Origin: Bacteroidales bacterium
GTDB lineage: Bacteria > Bacteroidota > Bacteroidia > Bacteroidales > UBA932
Assembly (NCBI GenBank): GCA_031551045.1
Contig: JAVBOD010000006.1
Location: 652-64,651, forward strand
Length of the DNA stretch: 64,000 nucleotides
Reading direction: 5' to 3'
A model generated the notes under the pieces. It saw only the letters and a program-made list of their open reading frames with translations, ran no database searches and was not told where the DNA came from. Made by a program: the position numbers and the translations under genes. Shown here piece after piece: positions 1-9,975 of this stretch. The stretch's first letter is position 1. Each line of letters begins with the position of its first letter.

Positions 1-18
1 CAATGATGAATACTATAC

Positions 19-51
19 AGATTTGACAAATTTTTGAAATTTGTCAAATCT
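19..51. repeat. AT-rich perfect palindrome (family A)
   Basis: AGATTTGACAAATTTTTGAAATTTGTCAAATCT, the same element as at 26301-26333. Confidence 0.85.
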
Positions 52-84
52 CTCAAGACCTTGTTAGGGATAGAATTTGCTTTC

Positions 85-147
85 GTCATTGCGAGCGTAG
101 CGAAGCAATCTGTAATATGAAGAGTGCTTCGCTGCGCTCGCAATGAC
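85..147. repeat. hairpin repeat, family B variant
   Basis: GTCATTGCGAGCGTAGCGAAGCA ... TGCTTCGCTGCGCTCGCAATGAC inverted arms. Related to GTCATTCTGAGCGAAGCGAAGAATC. Confidence 0.8.
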
Positions 148-179
148 GGTGCTGTTTTACTGCCAACTTGTTCTACTGG

Positions 180-2285
180 TTAGTTTAATCCGCGATTCTT
201 TAACAGCGGTTCTATTCCCGGTTCTTTTCCGCGGAAGTTGACGTACATTTTCATCTCGTCGTCTTGTCCGCCGCGCGAAAGCACTTCTTTGCGGAATTTA
301 GCGGCTACTTCTTTATTGAAAATATCGCCTGTTTCCACAAACGCTTCGAACGCATCGCAATCCAATTGCTCGGCCCAAATGTAGCTGTAGTAACCGGCAG
401 TGTAGCCTCCGCCCATGGTGTGGCTGAAATACGTAGTGCGGTAACGTGGCGGAATTTGAGTGAGTAAGCCGCGTTTCACGTTCAACATATCCACTTCAAA
501 TTTCGGAATATCGAGGTTTGCCGGAATTTCTTTCAACGTGTGGTAATCCATATCGAGTAACGAAGCCGCTAAATATTCGGAGGTAACAAAACCTTGTCCG
601 TATTTGCCCGATTTGTCTAACTTATCGACCAATTCCTGCGGAATGACTTCGCCGGTTTGCCAATGTTTGGCATACACTTTCAACACTTCGGGTTCGAAGG
701 CCCAGTGTTCCATGATTTGCGAAGGAAGCTCCACAAAATCGCGCGATACACCCGACACGCCGTAGTAATGCACATCTTTAAATAAATTATGAAGTGCATG
801 GCCGAACTCGTGGAAGAATGTTTCCACTTCATCGGCGCTGAGTAAAGCCGGCTGGTCGCCCACAGGGCGTGTGAAGTTGCATACAATTGTTACAAGCGGA
901 GCAATACGTTGGCCGTCTTTGTAGCCTTGCGAGCGGTAACCGCCGCACCATGCGCCGCCGTTTTTCGCGCCCGGACGCGAGAACATGTCTAAAAACAAAA
1001 TACCGAGGTGCGTACCGTCGGCGTCTTTACATTCAAACGCCGATGATTCATCGGTGGGAACAGGTACGTCTTTCAATTCGGTAAAAGTGATGCCGTATAA
1101 TTTATTCGATACGTAAAAAATACCGTCGCGCACATTTTCTAATTTGAAATAAGGGCGCGTCATTTGGTCGTTGATGTCGAACTTTTGATTCTTTACAATT
1201 TCGTTGTAGTAGCGCCAGTCCGATGCTTCCAACGTAAATTTTCCGCCTTCTTTAGCAATTACTTTTTGCATGTCGGCCGCTTCGGCTTTCGCTACTTTCA
1301 TGGTCGGAACCCACAGTTGGTCTAACAATTTATAGACATTCTCCGGATTTTTAGCCATGCGGTCTTCCAATACGTAATCGGCAAAGCTTGCGAAACCCAT
1401 GAGTTGCGCTTTTTCCAAGCGAAGGGCAATTAATTTTTTTACTACTTCTTTATTGTCTTTGTCGTTATTATTATTTGCACGATTCAAGTAGGCATTCAGT
1501 ATTTCGCGGCGTTTGTCGCGGTTTTGGTCGTATTCCAAAAACGGCATGATGCTGGGGTTGTCTAATCCGAAAATCCATTTGCCGTCCATGCTGTCTTTTT
1601 TAGCACGTGTGGCTGCGGCGTTTTTCAAGTTGTCCGACAGTCCGGCGAGGTCCGCCTCGTTATCGATAATGAGTTTAAACCCGTTTGTTTCCGCCAAAAC
1701 ATTTTGTCCGAATTGTGTTTGCAGCTTGGCTATTTCGGTATTCAATTCGCGGAGCTTGGCTTGTTTTTCAGCCGGAAGATTGGCGCCATTGCGTTCGAAG
1801 TTTTTATACATTTCGGTAAGCAAGCGCATTTGTTCCTCGTTTAATCTTAAACTTTCCCGTTGTTCATACACGGTTTTTACACGTTGAAATAATCCGGGAT
1901 TCAAGCGGATATCATCGTTGTGCTTCGTGAGAATGGGTGATAAGTCACGGGCCATGGCCTGCATTTCCGGCGTGGTGTTCGACGAATTGATACCGCCGAA
2001 TACCGGCGCTATTTTACTCATCAAACGGCCGGCTTGGTCGTAGGCTACAATCGTGTTTTCGAATGTAGGAGTTTCCGAATTGTTCACAATAGCATCGATT
2101 TCCGCCTTGTGTTGTTTCATCGCTTCTTCGTAAGCGGGCATGTAGTGTTCCAACTTAATTTGGTCGAACGGAGGAATGCCGAAAGGTGTTTTCCATTCGG
2201 CTAACAACGGATTTTCGTTTGTCTTTTCTTGACAAGCAGTGAGAAGGGTAGTAGCGCTAAGCATACAAAGTAATATTTTTTTCAT
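180..2285 (-). CDS. dcp: M3-family zinc metallopeptidase (peptidyl-dipeptidase Dcp / oligopeptidase A-like), lipoprotein-type signal
   Basis: 701-aa ORF with the HEFGH zinc motif (FFHEFGHALH). Length is typical of the M3 family. N-terminal signal has a lipobox-like LLTAC. Confidence 0.9.
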   Translation of the reverse strand: MKKILLCMLSATTLLTACQEKTNENPLLAEWKTPFGIPPFDQIKLEHYMPAYEEAMKQHKAEIDAIVNNSETPTFENTIVAYDQAGRLMSKIAPVFGGINSSNTTPEMQAMARDLSPILTKHNDDIRLNPGLFQRVKTVYEQRESLRLNEEQMRLLTEMYKNFERNGANLPAEKQAKLRELNTEIAKLQTQFGQNVLAETNGFKLIIDNEADLAGLSDNLKNAAATRAKKDSMDGKWIFGLDNPSIMPFLEYDQNRDKRREILNAYLNRANNNNDKDNKEVVKKLIALRLEKAQLMGFASFADYVLEDRMAKNPENVYKLLDQLWVPTMKVAKAEAADMQKVIAKEGGKFTLEASDWRYYNEIVKNQKFDINDQMTRPYFKLENVRDGIFYVSNKLYGITFTELKDVPVPTDESSAFECKDADGTHLGILFLDMFSRPGAKNGGAWCGGYRSQGYKDGQRIAPLVTIVCNFTRPVGDQPALLSADEVETFFHEFGHALHNLFKDVHYYGVSGVSRDFVELPSQIMEHWAFEPEVLKVYAKHWQTGEVIPQELVDKLDKSGKYGQGFVTSEYLAASLLDMDYHTLKEIPANLDIPKFEVDMLNVKRGLLTQIPPRYRTTYFSHTMGGGYTAGYYSYIWAEQLDCDAFEAFVETGDIFNKEVAAKFRKEVLSRGGQDDEMKMYVNFRGKEPGIEPLLKNRGLN

Positions 2286-2386
2286 GTATCATTGGGTTTT
2301 AGAGGTTTTATATCTGGTTATAGTATATTAGATGTATCTTACAAAGGTAACTATTTTTTAGTTGTAACTCAAAACCCTGAAAGGGT

Positions 2387-2544
2387 TTAATTTGAATAAC
2401 CACGGGTGTAAACCCGTGGACGTAGTATCTGCTTTACATTAGCGCACGGAGTACAGCCTGTTTTTCAACGGATAATATACTTCCCGTGCGCGATAGTACT
2501 CATGCTATTTGCCTCCGGTTATACCGGAGGTTATTCAAATTTAA
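2387..2544. repeat. ~158-bp element bounded by 15/16-nt terminal inverted repeats, packed with hairpins (MITE-like or structured RNA)
   Basis: TIRs are TTAATTTGAATAACC (2387-2401) and GGTTATTCAAATTTAA (2529-2544). Internal hairpins: CCACGGGT-GTAA-ACCCGTGG (2400-2419), GCGCACGG...CCGTGCGC (2442-2491) and CCTCCGGT-TAT-ACCGGAGG (2512-2530). A separate hairpin lies just outside the left TIR: AAACCCT-GAA-AGGGTTT (2372-2388). Confidence 0.6.
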
Positions 2545-2586
2545 TCGCTTCGCGACATCAAGGCTCGAATTATCATATATCTAATC

Positions 2587-4593
2587 CTACGACAATTTTT
2601 TCTGCAAGGCGTACATTTCGTCGCGGTAGCGGGCGGCGGTCATAAAGTCCAGTTCTTTGGCCGCCTTTTCCATTTGTTGTTTGGCGTACTCAATCGCTTT
2701 TTCCAATTGTTGGCGGTTCATATAGCCGATGACCGGATCGGCGGCAATATTCGGTTCGCCCGTATCGGCATAAGCATAGCCCTTGTCTGTTTTCAACTGT
2801 TCTCCGGTGAGGATGGAACGGTTATTTTTTACGATTTGCTGCGGGGTGATGCCGTGCATTTCGTTGTAGTGCAATTGTTTTTCGCGGCGCCGGTTGGTTT
2901 CGTCCATCGTGCGTTGCATAGAGTCGGTCACTTTGTCGGCATACATGATAACGCGGCCGTTGATGTTACGCGCCGCCCTTCCGGCAGTTTGCGTAAGCGC
3001 CCTTTCCGACCGCAGGAATCCTTCTTTGTCGGCATCGAGAATGGCGACCAGCGATACTTGCGGCAAGTCCAACCCTTCGCGCAAGAGGTTTACACCCACC
3101 AATACGTCGAACAGTCCGCGTTGCAACTCTTCAATAATCTGTATGCGTTCCAGCGTATCGACATCGGAATGGATGTAGCGGCAACGGATGCCTATTTTTT
3201 CAAAATATTTTGTCAGCTCTTCGGCCATGCGCTTGGTGAGCGTGGTTACCAGCACGCGTTCGTCACGCTCGGCACGCACGGTAATTTCTTCCACCAAGTC
3301 GTCAATCTGGTTTTCCGTAGGCCGCACTTCGATAATGGGGTCGAGCAAACCGGTGGGGCGCACCACTTGTTCGATAACCACGCCTTCGCTTTTTTCCAGT
3401 TCGTAGTCGGCCGGCGTGGCGCTTACAAAAACCGTTTGTTTTACCAGACTTTCAAATTCATCGAAGGTAAGCGGGCGGTTGTCGGCCGCCGCAGGCAAGC
3501 GGAAGCCGAATTCAATCAGTGTTTGCTTGCGCGAACGGTCGCCGCCGTACATGGCGCGGATTTGCGATACCGTCACGTGGCTTTCGTCGATAAACGTCAG
3601 GAAATCTTTCGGAAAATAATCGAGCAGGCAGAACGGGCGCGTGCCGGCTGCCCGTCCGTCGAAGTAACGCGAGTAGTTTTCGATGCCCGGGCAGTAGCCC
3701 AGTTCCTTAATCATTTCCATGTCGAATTCCACGCGCTGTTGCAGCCGTTTTGCTTCCAACGGCTTTCCTATTTCACGGAAATAATCGCACTGTTTTACCA
3801 TGTCGTCCTGAATGTGTCGAATGGCTTGGTGCATGCGGTCTTTGGTCGTTACAAAAATATTGGCCGGATAAACGGTCACCGATAAAGGCTCATCGATCGT
3901 GCGTCCGCCAAGGGGTTCAAAAGTTTCTATCTTTTCAATTTCATCGCCCCAGAAAACAATACGGTAAGCATAATCGCTGTAGGCTAAATATACGTCCACT
4001 GTGTCGCCTTTCACACGAAAGGTGCCGCGCTTGAAATCCGTTTCATTGCGCGAATACAGCGAATCGACCAGCGCATACAGCAGTTTGTTGCGCGACAGTT
4101 TTTGCCCGGCGTTAATAGTAATCGTGTTGGAATGAAAATCTTCGGGATTGCCGATTCCGTACAAACACGAAACGCTGGAAACCACTATGACGTCGCGTCG
4201 TCCGGAGAGTAGGGCAGAAGTGGTGCTGAGCCGCAATTTTTCAATTTCGTCGTTAATGCTTAAATCTTTTTCGATATACGTGTCGGTAGTCGGCAAATAC
4301 GCTTCGGGTTGGTAATAGTCGTAGTAAGATACGAAATATTCTACGGCGTTTTCCGGAAAAAACGCTTTGAATTCGCCGTACAACTGCGCCGCCAGTGTTT
4401 TGTTGTGGCTCAATATCAATGCCGGGCGTTTCAGCTCGGCAATCACATTGGCCATGGTAAATGTTTTTCCGGAACCGGTAACGCCCAACAAGGTGCTGCT
4501 GGGGGCGCCCTCGCGAATATTTTTTACCAATTGCGCAATGGCATCGGGTTGGTCGCCCGTGGGTTTGTATGCCGATGTCAAGTTGAAATCCAT
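2587..4593 (-). CDS. uvrB: excinuclease ABC subunit B
   Basis: Walker A GVTGSGKTF, helicase motifs and a C-terminal UVR domain (AARYRDEMYALQKKL). MDFNLTSAYKPTGDQP matches the canonical UvrB N-terminus, so the ATG at 4593 is preferred over the ORF-track start at 4641. Confidence 0.95.
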   Translation of the reverse strand: MDFNLTSAYKPTGDQPDAIAQLVKNIREGAPSSTLLGVTGSGKTFTMANVIAELKRPALILSHNKTLAAQLYGEFKAFFPENAVEYFVSYYDYYQPEAYLPTTDTYIEKDLSINDEIEKLRLSTTSALLSGRRDVIVVSSVSCLYGIGNPEDFHSNTITINAGQKLSRNKLLYALVDSLYSRNETDFKRGTFRVKGDTVDVYLAYSDYAYRIVFWGDEIEKIETFEPLGGRTIDEPLSVTVYPANIFVTTKDRMHQAIRHIQDDMVKQCDYFREIGKPLEAKRLQQRVEFDMEMIKELGYCPGIENYSRYFDGRAAGTRPFCLLDYFPKDFLTFIDESHVTVSQIRAMYGGDRSRKQTLIEFGFRLPAAADNRPLTFDEFESLVKQTVFVSATPADYELEKSEGVVIEQVVRPTGLLDPIIEVRPTENQIDDLVEEITVRAERDERVLVTTLTKRMAEELTKYFEKIGIRCRYIHSDVDTLERIQIIEELQRGLFDVLVGVNLLREGLDLPQVSLVAILDADKEGFLRSERALTQTAGRAARNINGRVIMYADKVTDSMQRTMDETNRRREKQLHYNEMHGITPQQIVKNNRSILTGEQLKTDKGYAYADTGEPNIAADPVIGYMNRQQLEKAIEYAKQQMEKAAKELDFMTAARYRDEMYALQKKLS

Positions 4594-4649
4594 GCGACAA
4601 AGGTAGAAAAAAGATACCGGATATTGAATGGTGTACGTCATTGGAATTT

Positions 4650-4742
4650 GTCATTCTGAGCAAAGCGAAGAATCTGTCAATAGATTGCTTTCCAGCCCTG
4701 CGGAACAATGACGAGAGGATTCTTCGCTTTGCTCAGAATGAC
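4650..4742. repeat. hairpin repeat, family B (25-nt perfect arms)
   Basis: GTCATTCTGAGCAAAGCGAAGAATC (4650-4674) and its exact reverse complement (4718-4742). The 43-nt loop contains AGATTGCTTTCCAGCCCTGCGG, which recurs at 41921. Confidence 0.85.
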
Positions 4743-4829
4743 AAAGAGCGCTTTAGCCTGAAAATTTAAACATCCGCTGATACTTTTGATATATCATCAA
4801 AAAGATTACCTTTGAAAATTCAAACCATA

Positions 4830-5369
4830 ATGATTCGCCACTACATAAAAATAGGTAATACGGAGCATGCATTTAAAAACCTCTTCATGGATTTTTATGC
4901 ATCGCAAGTCCTGTTTGCTCGGAAATTGCTTTCCGGAGAGGCGCATGCCCAGGACATTGTTCAGGATATTTTCATAAAGGTATTGGAATCTCAAACCGAA
5001 TTTAGCAATGAAATCGCTTTTAAATCCTATTTGTATATTTCGACACGGAATGCGTGCATTGACTATTTGAGGCGAAAAAATAAAATTCTTGGAGATGTAT
5101 CGCTTCTTGGCAATGTGGAAGCAGAAGCCACCGAGGTGATGAAAGAAGAAGCGTTTTATTTGCTGGAGCAAGCTATTACAACGCTCCCGGCGCAAAGCAG
5201 GCGGATTTTTGAATTGACGCTCCAGGGTTTGTCTATTCATGATATTGCCGCCGAACTGCATATTTCCGAAAACACGGTGAAGACACTCAAGCAACGTGCA
5301 TACAAAGCGCTACGCAATCGATTCGGAGACTTCTTTATGCTTATAGCCTTTTTGTTCTTTCAATCATAG
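4830..5369 (+). CDS. ECF-type RNA polymerase sigma-70 factor
   Basis: Region 2 (DIVQDIFIKVLE) and region 4 HTH (LSIHDIAAELHISENTVKTLKQRAYKALR). The track start at 4812 is TTG; the first ATG is at 4830. Confidence 0.85.
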   Translation: MIRHYIKIGNTEHAFKNLFMDFYASQVLFARKLLSGEAHAQDIVQDIFIKVLESQTEFSNEIAFKSYLYISTRNACIDYLRRKNKILGDVSLLGNVEAEATEVMKEEAFYLLEQAITTLPAQSRRIFELTLQGLSIHDIAAELHISENTVKTLKQRAYKALRNRFGDFFMLIAFLFFQS

Positions 5370-5464
5370 GCTCATCAACGTTTTTTACATTATTTTTTAT
5401 ACTGCTGTCACCCTTTTTGGAATTGTATTCGTTTTATATAAAAGCGAGGGATTATTATAAATTT

Positions 5465-6559
5465 ATGGAAGAAAAATACTCAAAAGCTATTCGTGAAGCA
5501 AAAGAATTGGCGGAACAAATGTTGGAACAGATGACCGATGAGCAACTCCGCGATTGCCGGAAAAGGGCGTATCAATTGAAGTCTATCAATACCCGAAGCG
5601 GATGGCGTAGCATTTGGTGGCGTATAAACAAAGGGAAGATATACGGTATTTCGGCTGCCGCCGCTGTGTTGATTGCTTTCGGGCTCTTGTTTATGAATCA
5701 ACAGCCGCCTGTTTCCGAAGCGCCCGTTATCAACCTCATGCCTGCCGACAAAAGCAATGTGGTATTGACTTTAGGCAACGGCAAAACCATCGAGCTGAAT
5801 GAAGAAGCCGCCGGGGCTGCCAACCGGCCGGCCGGTGTGGTAATCGATAAAAAAGAGTCGAAAATTTCGTACGAAAATGTTGCCGCGCAAGAGCAAGCGT
5901 TAGAGTACAACGAATTGTCCGTCCCCAAAGGGAAAACCTATTCCCTTATATTGAGCGACGGGACAAAAGTGTGGTTGAACGCCATGAGTAAAATCCGCTA
6001 CCCTGTCCGCTTTGGCGCTTCCGGACGGAAAGTGAAAATTACGGGGGAAGCTTATTTTGAAGTCACACAGCAAAAAACAAATCCGTTCTACGTAGAAACA
6101 GATGATTACACCGTCAAGGTGCTCGGTACGGTTTTTAATGTCAATGCATATGCCGACGAAGATGCGACCGTAACGACCTTGGCTTCCGGTTCCATCCTGA
6201 TTCAAAATAAACAGCATAACACGGAACAGCAATTAAGTGCCGGGCAGCAATACCACTACAATCACCTCCGCCAAACGGAAGAACTTGCTTACGTGCAGAC
6301 GGAGCTTTATACTTCATGGATTAATAATATTCTTTTTATAGAAGAAGCCACGTTGGCGGATATTTTCAAGATATTAAAAAGAAGGTACGATATAGAAGTC
6401 GCCTTTGACGACCTGCTGACTTCCGGCGAAAAGTATTCGGGGAAATTGCCGCTTAATGACAATCTGGGCATTATCCTGCAGCAAATTTCGAAGGTAGCCA
6501 ACGTTGAATTCGTCGCCGAGCACTATACCATCCACGTAAAGTACAAAACTAAACAATAA
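5465..6559 (+). CDS. FecR-family anti-sigma factor
   Basis: Single TM helix (IYGISAAAAVLIAFGLLFM) followed by a FecR-like periplasmic domain (TKVWLNAMSKIRYP, YFEVTQQKTNPFYVET). It sits between the sigma factor and the SusC-like gene. ATG 5465 is preferred over TTG 5417. Confidence 0.85.
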   Translation: MEEKYSKAIREAKELAEQMLEQMTDEQLRDCRKRAYQLKSINTRSGWRSIWWRINKGKIYGISAAAAVLIAFGLLFMNQQPPVSEAPVINLMPADKSNVVLTLGNGKTIELNEEAAGAANRPAGVVIDKKESKISYENVAAQEQALEYNELSVPKGKTYSLILSDGTKVWLNAMSKIRYPVRFGASGRKVKITGEAYFEVTQQKTNPFYVETDDYTVKVLGTVFNVNAYADEDATVTTLASGSILIQNKQHNTEQQLSAGQQYHYNHLRQTEELAYVQTELYTSWINNILFIEEATLADIFKILKRRYDIEVAFDDLLTSGEKYSGKLPLNDNLGIILQQISKVANVEFVAEHYTIHVKYKTKQ

Positions 6560-6588
6560 CTATTTCATCACCTTAAAACTTAAATCAG

Positions 6589-9500
6589 ATGAAGCCATTT
6601 ATTCGAGTTCATTTTTTCTTTCTACCACTGTTCCTGCTGTTTATTTCCGTGCAGGATGTGCAAGCGCAGCAACTCACTTCATTTAGGGTTCAAAATGCAA
6701 GTTTGAGCGAATGCCTAAAACAGATCGAGAAACAAACCGGTCTGGGATACCTCTCCAAAGGAAGAGATTTGGGTAGTGTAAAAGGAATTTCCTACACTGC
6801 CGAAAATACGGATGTTCGTACGGTACTACAAGCCATATTGGCTAACACCGGATTGACTTTTGAGATTGATAACGGGGTGATTTTGATTCTTGACAAAACG
6901 GAACCGGTAAAATCCACGACTGCGCAAAGTCAAGCAACGATGCGTGTGGTAACCGGCACAATAACCGATTCCGGCCAATTGCCGTTGGAAGGTACGACGG
7001 TGGCCTACAAGGGTTCTTCCATATTTGCTTTCTCGGATAAGGACGGGAATTTTTCCATTCGCATCCCCGACAACAACGCCGGCGTTCTGCTATTCTCCTT
7101 CATTAGCATGAAAACAAAAGAAGTGGCCATCGGCGAGCGCAGCGTTGTGAATGTTACGATGGAAGAGGAGGCGCAAACATTGTCGGATGTGGTGGTGACG
7201 GGTTATGCCAACATTAAAAAAGAAAGTTTTACCGGCACTTCTACTAAAATTACAAAAGACGAACTCCTGCGCGTATCGCAGGGTAGCGTACTGAACGCCC
7301 TTCAGGCATTCGACCCGTCTATGCGCATAGCCCCGAATCTGGAGATTGGATCAAACCCGAATGTTATGCCCGAATATTATATCCGTGGACAATCGGGAAT
7401 CGGCGTGCGCGATTTGGATGTGTTAGCGGCCAACGATGTGTCGCGCTATGCTTTGCTTAATAATCCGAACCTTCCTATTTTTATTATGGACGGCTACGAA
7501 GTGAGCATGGAAAAAGTGTTTGATTTGGACCCCAACCGGCTCAGTAGCATTACTATTTTGAAAGATGCGGCGGCGACAGCTATGTACGGTTCGCGTGCGG
7601 CCAACGGGATTGTTGTTATTGAAACGCTGGCTCCGCAGCAAGGAAAATTGCGCGTTTCGTATAATTTTACCGGCTCGCTGACGGTACCCGACCTTTCCGA
7701 CTATAACCTGATGAATGCCCGGGAAAAATTAGACGCCGAAGTGGCAGCAGGCCTTTTAGACGAAGGTGGAAATTATTATCAGCGCCTGAACGATTACCGC
7801 GATAAAGAAAACAATATTTTGCGCGGTGTCGATACGTATTGGTTATCGCAGCCCCTGCAAACGCAATTCAACTACAACAATAATCTCTATATCGACGGCG
7901 GATCGGAGACTATCCGTTTTGGGATGGGGCTGAATTTCGGCGCCGACAACGGAATAATGAAAGAATCTTACCGCAAGCGTTTCGGCGCCGACTTGCGGGT
8001 TGATTACCGGTTGAAAAATTTTCAAATTACCGATAATGTATCGTACAGCCAGACAAGGGCGCAGGATTCGCCCTATGGCTCGTTTGCCACGTATGCCGGT
8101 TTACAGCCTTACTTGTCTCCGACAGATCTGGATACGGGCGAACTTCTGAAAACGTTCCAGTCCATGTATAACGCTAATAATCCGGTGGCCAATCCGCTGT
8201 ATGAAGCAACGCTTGGGAATTTTTCCCGGAACGGGTACAATACTATCACCAATAACTTAAGCATGAACGGCTATTTTCTTCATCATTTCCAAATAAAATT
8301 TCAATTATCCGTTTATTATAAGGAGGACGACAACCGGAGATTCACAGACCCCAATTCTACCAAATATAATTCGGGAAATAAAACTGCTTTTGATAAAGGC
8401 GAATTGAATCTTTCCAGCAATAAAGCTTTCGGATGGAATACCAACCTGCTGTTAATGTACAATAACCGGGTAGGCAAGCACAACATGAATTTTACATTGG
8501 GCTTGAATGCTATGGAAGACCAAATGGATGTCTCTACTTTTCATTACATGGGTTTTCCATCGGCCCAGCTCAACGACCCGAAATATGCTCACTCCATAGT
8601 AGGAATGCCTATTGTGTCGGATTACATTTCGAGGTTGGTTGGCGGATTTATTATGGGGAACTATACGTTTAACGATATCTATCTCTTGGATTTGTCGGTG
8701 CGTACGGACGGTTCTTCAAAATTCGGAAGCAACCACCGCTTTGCTCCGTTCTGGTCTTTCGGAGCCGGTATTAATTTGCATAAATACGCTTTTCTGCGCG
8801 ACAATAAGGTTATTAATAATGCAAAAATCAGAGCCAACTATGGACAAATGGGGCGTGTGGGATTCCCTCCGTACGCGGCGCGTAATATGTATGAAATCAT
8901 GCTTGACGGCTGGCACCCCACGGGCATCGGCGGCGTATTGATCGGCATGGGGAACGACAATCTTACCTGGGATAAAGCCAATACGCTGAACATCGGTTTT
9001 GACCTGGGATTGTTCAAACGCCTCAACCTGACTTTTTCATGGTATGATAAAGTGACCAATAGTATGGTAACCAATATCTCCATTCCGTCTTCTTCCGGTT
9101 TTACATCCTATACGGAAAATATGGGAAAGGTATCCAATAAAGGTTTCGAATTTGATATTAACTATGCCGTGATACAAAATAACGATTGGAATTTTAATAT
9201 TTCATTAAAGGGTGCGCACAACAAGAACAAAATCCTTGAAATTTCCGATGCCCTGAAAGAATATAACGACCGGGTGGACGCCTTTTATTCCGACTATAAA
9301 GAAAATTCGCCGATCTTTCAGAACCAGCAATACATCAAACCTATCCGCAAATATGTGGAAGGTGGATCGGAAACAGCCATCTTTGGGATGAAATCATTGG
9401 GTATAGCTCCCGCCAACGGCAGCGAGTTGTTTATGAATCGCGACGGTAGCGTTACCTACGACTGGAATCCGGCCGAGCAGGTGATCATAGGAAATACGGA

Positions 9501-9957
9501 GCCGGTTATGCATGGTATTATCGCATTCAACCTTCGCTATAAGAAACTGACCATGTACTCTACTTTCATGTACGAGTGGGGCGGCGATATTTACAACTCT
9601 ACCTTGGTTAGCAAAGTGGAGAGCGTCGATATCTGGAGAACCAATGTGGACAAACGGGTAATGACGGAGCGTTGGCAGCAGCCGGGCGACTTGGCAACCA
9701 TGAAATCTATTAAAGACCGCTACACGGTGACCCGTCCTACTTCCCGTTTTATCCAGCAGAATAATTACCTTTCCTTTAACTCCTTGTCGATAGGATACGA
9801 TATGGATCAAAAATTTGTGAAAAAGATAGGATTAAGCATGCTTCGTTTTCAATTTACCATGAACGATATTTTCCGGATTTCTACCGTGAAGATAGAGCGT
9901 GGAACAGCTTATCCTTATGCCCGCACAGCAGGGTTTACCATTAATGCCAGTTTCTAA
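6589..9957 (+). CDS. SusC/RagA-family TonB-dependent outer-membrane transporter with N-terminal STN signalling domain
   Basis: 1122 aa. Order of domains: signal peptide, STN-like segment (SLSECLKQIEKQTGLGYL...GVILILDK), carboxypeptidase-regulatory-like fold (MRVVTGTITDSGQLPLEGTTV), plug (VVVTGYANIKKESFTGTSTKI), then a barrel ending in a terminal Phe. Confidence 0.9.
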   Translation: MKPFIRVHFFFLPLFLLFISVQDVQAQQLTSFRVQNASLSECLKQIEKQTGLGYLSKGRDLGSVKGISYTAENTDVRTVLQAILANTGLTFEIDNGVILILDKTEPVKSTTAQSQATMRVVTGTITDSGQLPLEGTTVAYKGSSIFAFSDKDGNFSIRIPDNNAGVLLFSFISMKTKEVAIGERSVVNVTMEEEAQTLSDVVVTGYANIKKESFTGTSTKITKDELLRVSQGSVLNALQAFDPSMRIAPNLEIGSNPNVMPEYYIRGQSGIGVRDLDVLAANDVSRYALLNNPNLPIFIMDGYEVSMEKVFDLDPNRLSSITILKDAAATAMYGSRAANGIVVIETLAPQQGKLRVSYNFTGSLTVPDLSDYNLMNAREKLDAEVAAGLLDEGGNYYQRLNDYRDKENNILRGVDTYWLSQPLQTQFNYNNNLYIDGGSETIRFGMGLNFGADNGIMKESYRKRFGADLRVDYRLKNFQITDNVSYSQTRAQDSPYGSFATYAGLQPYLSPTDLDTGELLKTFQSMYNANNPVANPLYEATLGNFSRNGYNTITNNLSMNGYFLHHFQIKFQLSVYYKEDDNRRFTDPNSTKYNSGNKTAFDKGELNLSSNKAFGWNTNLLLMYNNRVGKHNMNFTLGLNAMEDQMDVSTFHYMGFPSAQLNDPKYAHSIVGMPIVSDYISRLVGGFIMGNYTFNDIYLLDLSVRTDGSSKFGSNHRFAPFWSFGAGINLHKYAFLRDNKVINNAKIRANYGQMGRVGFPPYAARNMYEIMLDGWHPTGIGGVLIGMGNDNLTWDKANTLNIGFDLGLFKRLNLTFSWYDKVTNSMVTNISIPSSSGFTSYTENMGKVSNKGFEFDINYAVIQNNDWNFNISLKGAHNKNKILEISDALKEYNDRVDAFYSDYKENSPIFQNQQYIKPIRKYVEGGSETAIFGMKSLGIAPANGSELFMNRDGSVTYDWNPAEQVIIGNTEPVMHGIIAFNLRYKKLTMYSTFMYEWGGDIYNSTLVSKVESVDIWRTNVDKRVMTERWQQPGDLATMKSIKDRYTVTRPTSRFIQQNNYLSFNSLSIGYDMDQKFVKKIGLSMLRFQFTMNDIFRISTVKIERGTAYPYARTAGFTINASF

Positions 9958-9975
9958 TAATACCCATAGACGATC

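Noticed and set aside
2674-3885. 403-aa ORF on the plus strand, the longest of several antisense ORFs inside uvrB.
   Set aside because: It lies entirely antisense to a confidently identified uvrB. Its composition is Arg/Gly/Phe/His-rich with no motifs, which is typical of a shadow ORF on the strand opposite a GC-biased gene.
4594-4641. The 16-codon N-terminal extension of uvrB given by the ORF track. Similar TTG/GTG-initiated extensions occur at 4812, 5417, 21672, 23500, 38999, 44210, 48287, 51264, 55236 and 56362.
   Set aside because: The extensions begin at non-ATG codons or run into repeats or upstream genes, and they add residues absent from the conserved N-termini. The first downstream ATG gives canonical N-termini or signal peptides. 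The exception kept is the GTG start at 24957, where the signal peptide needs it.
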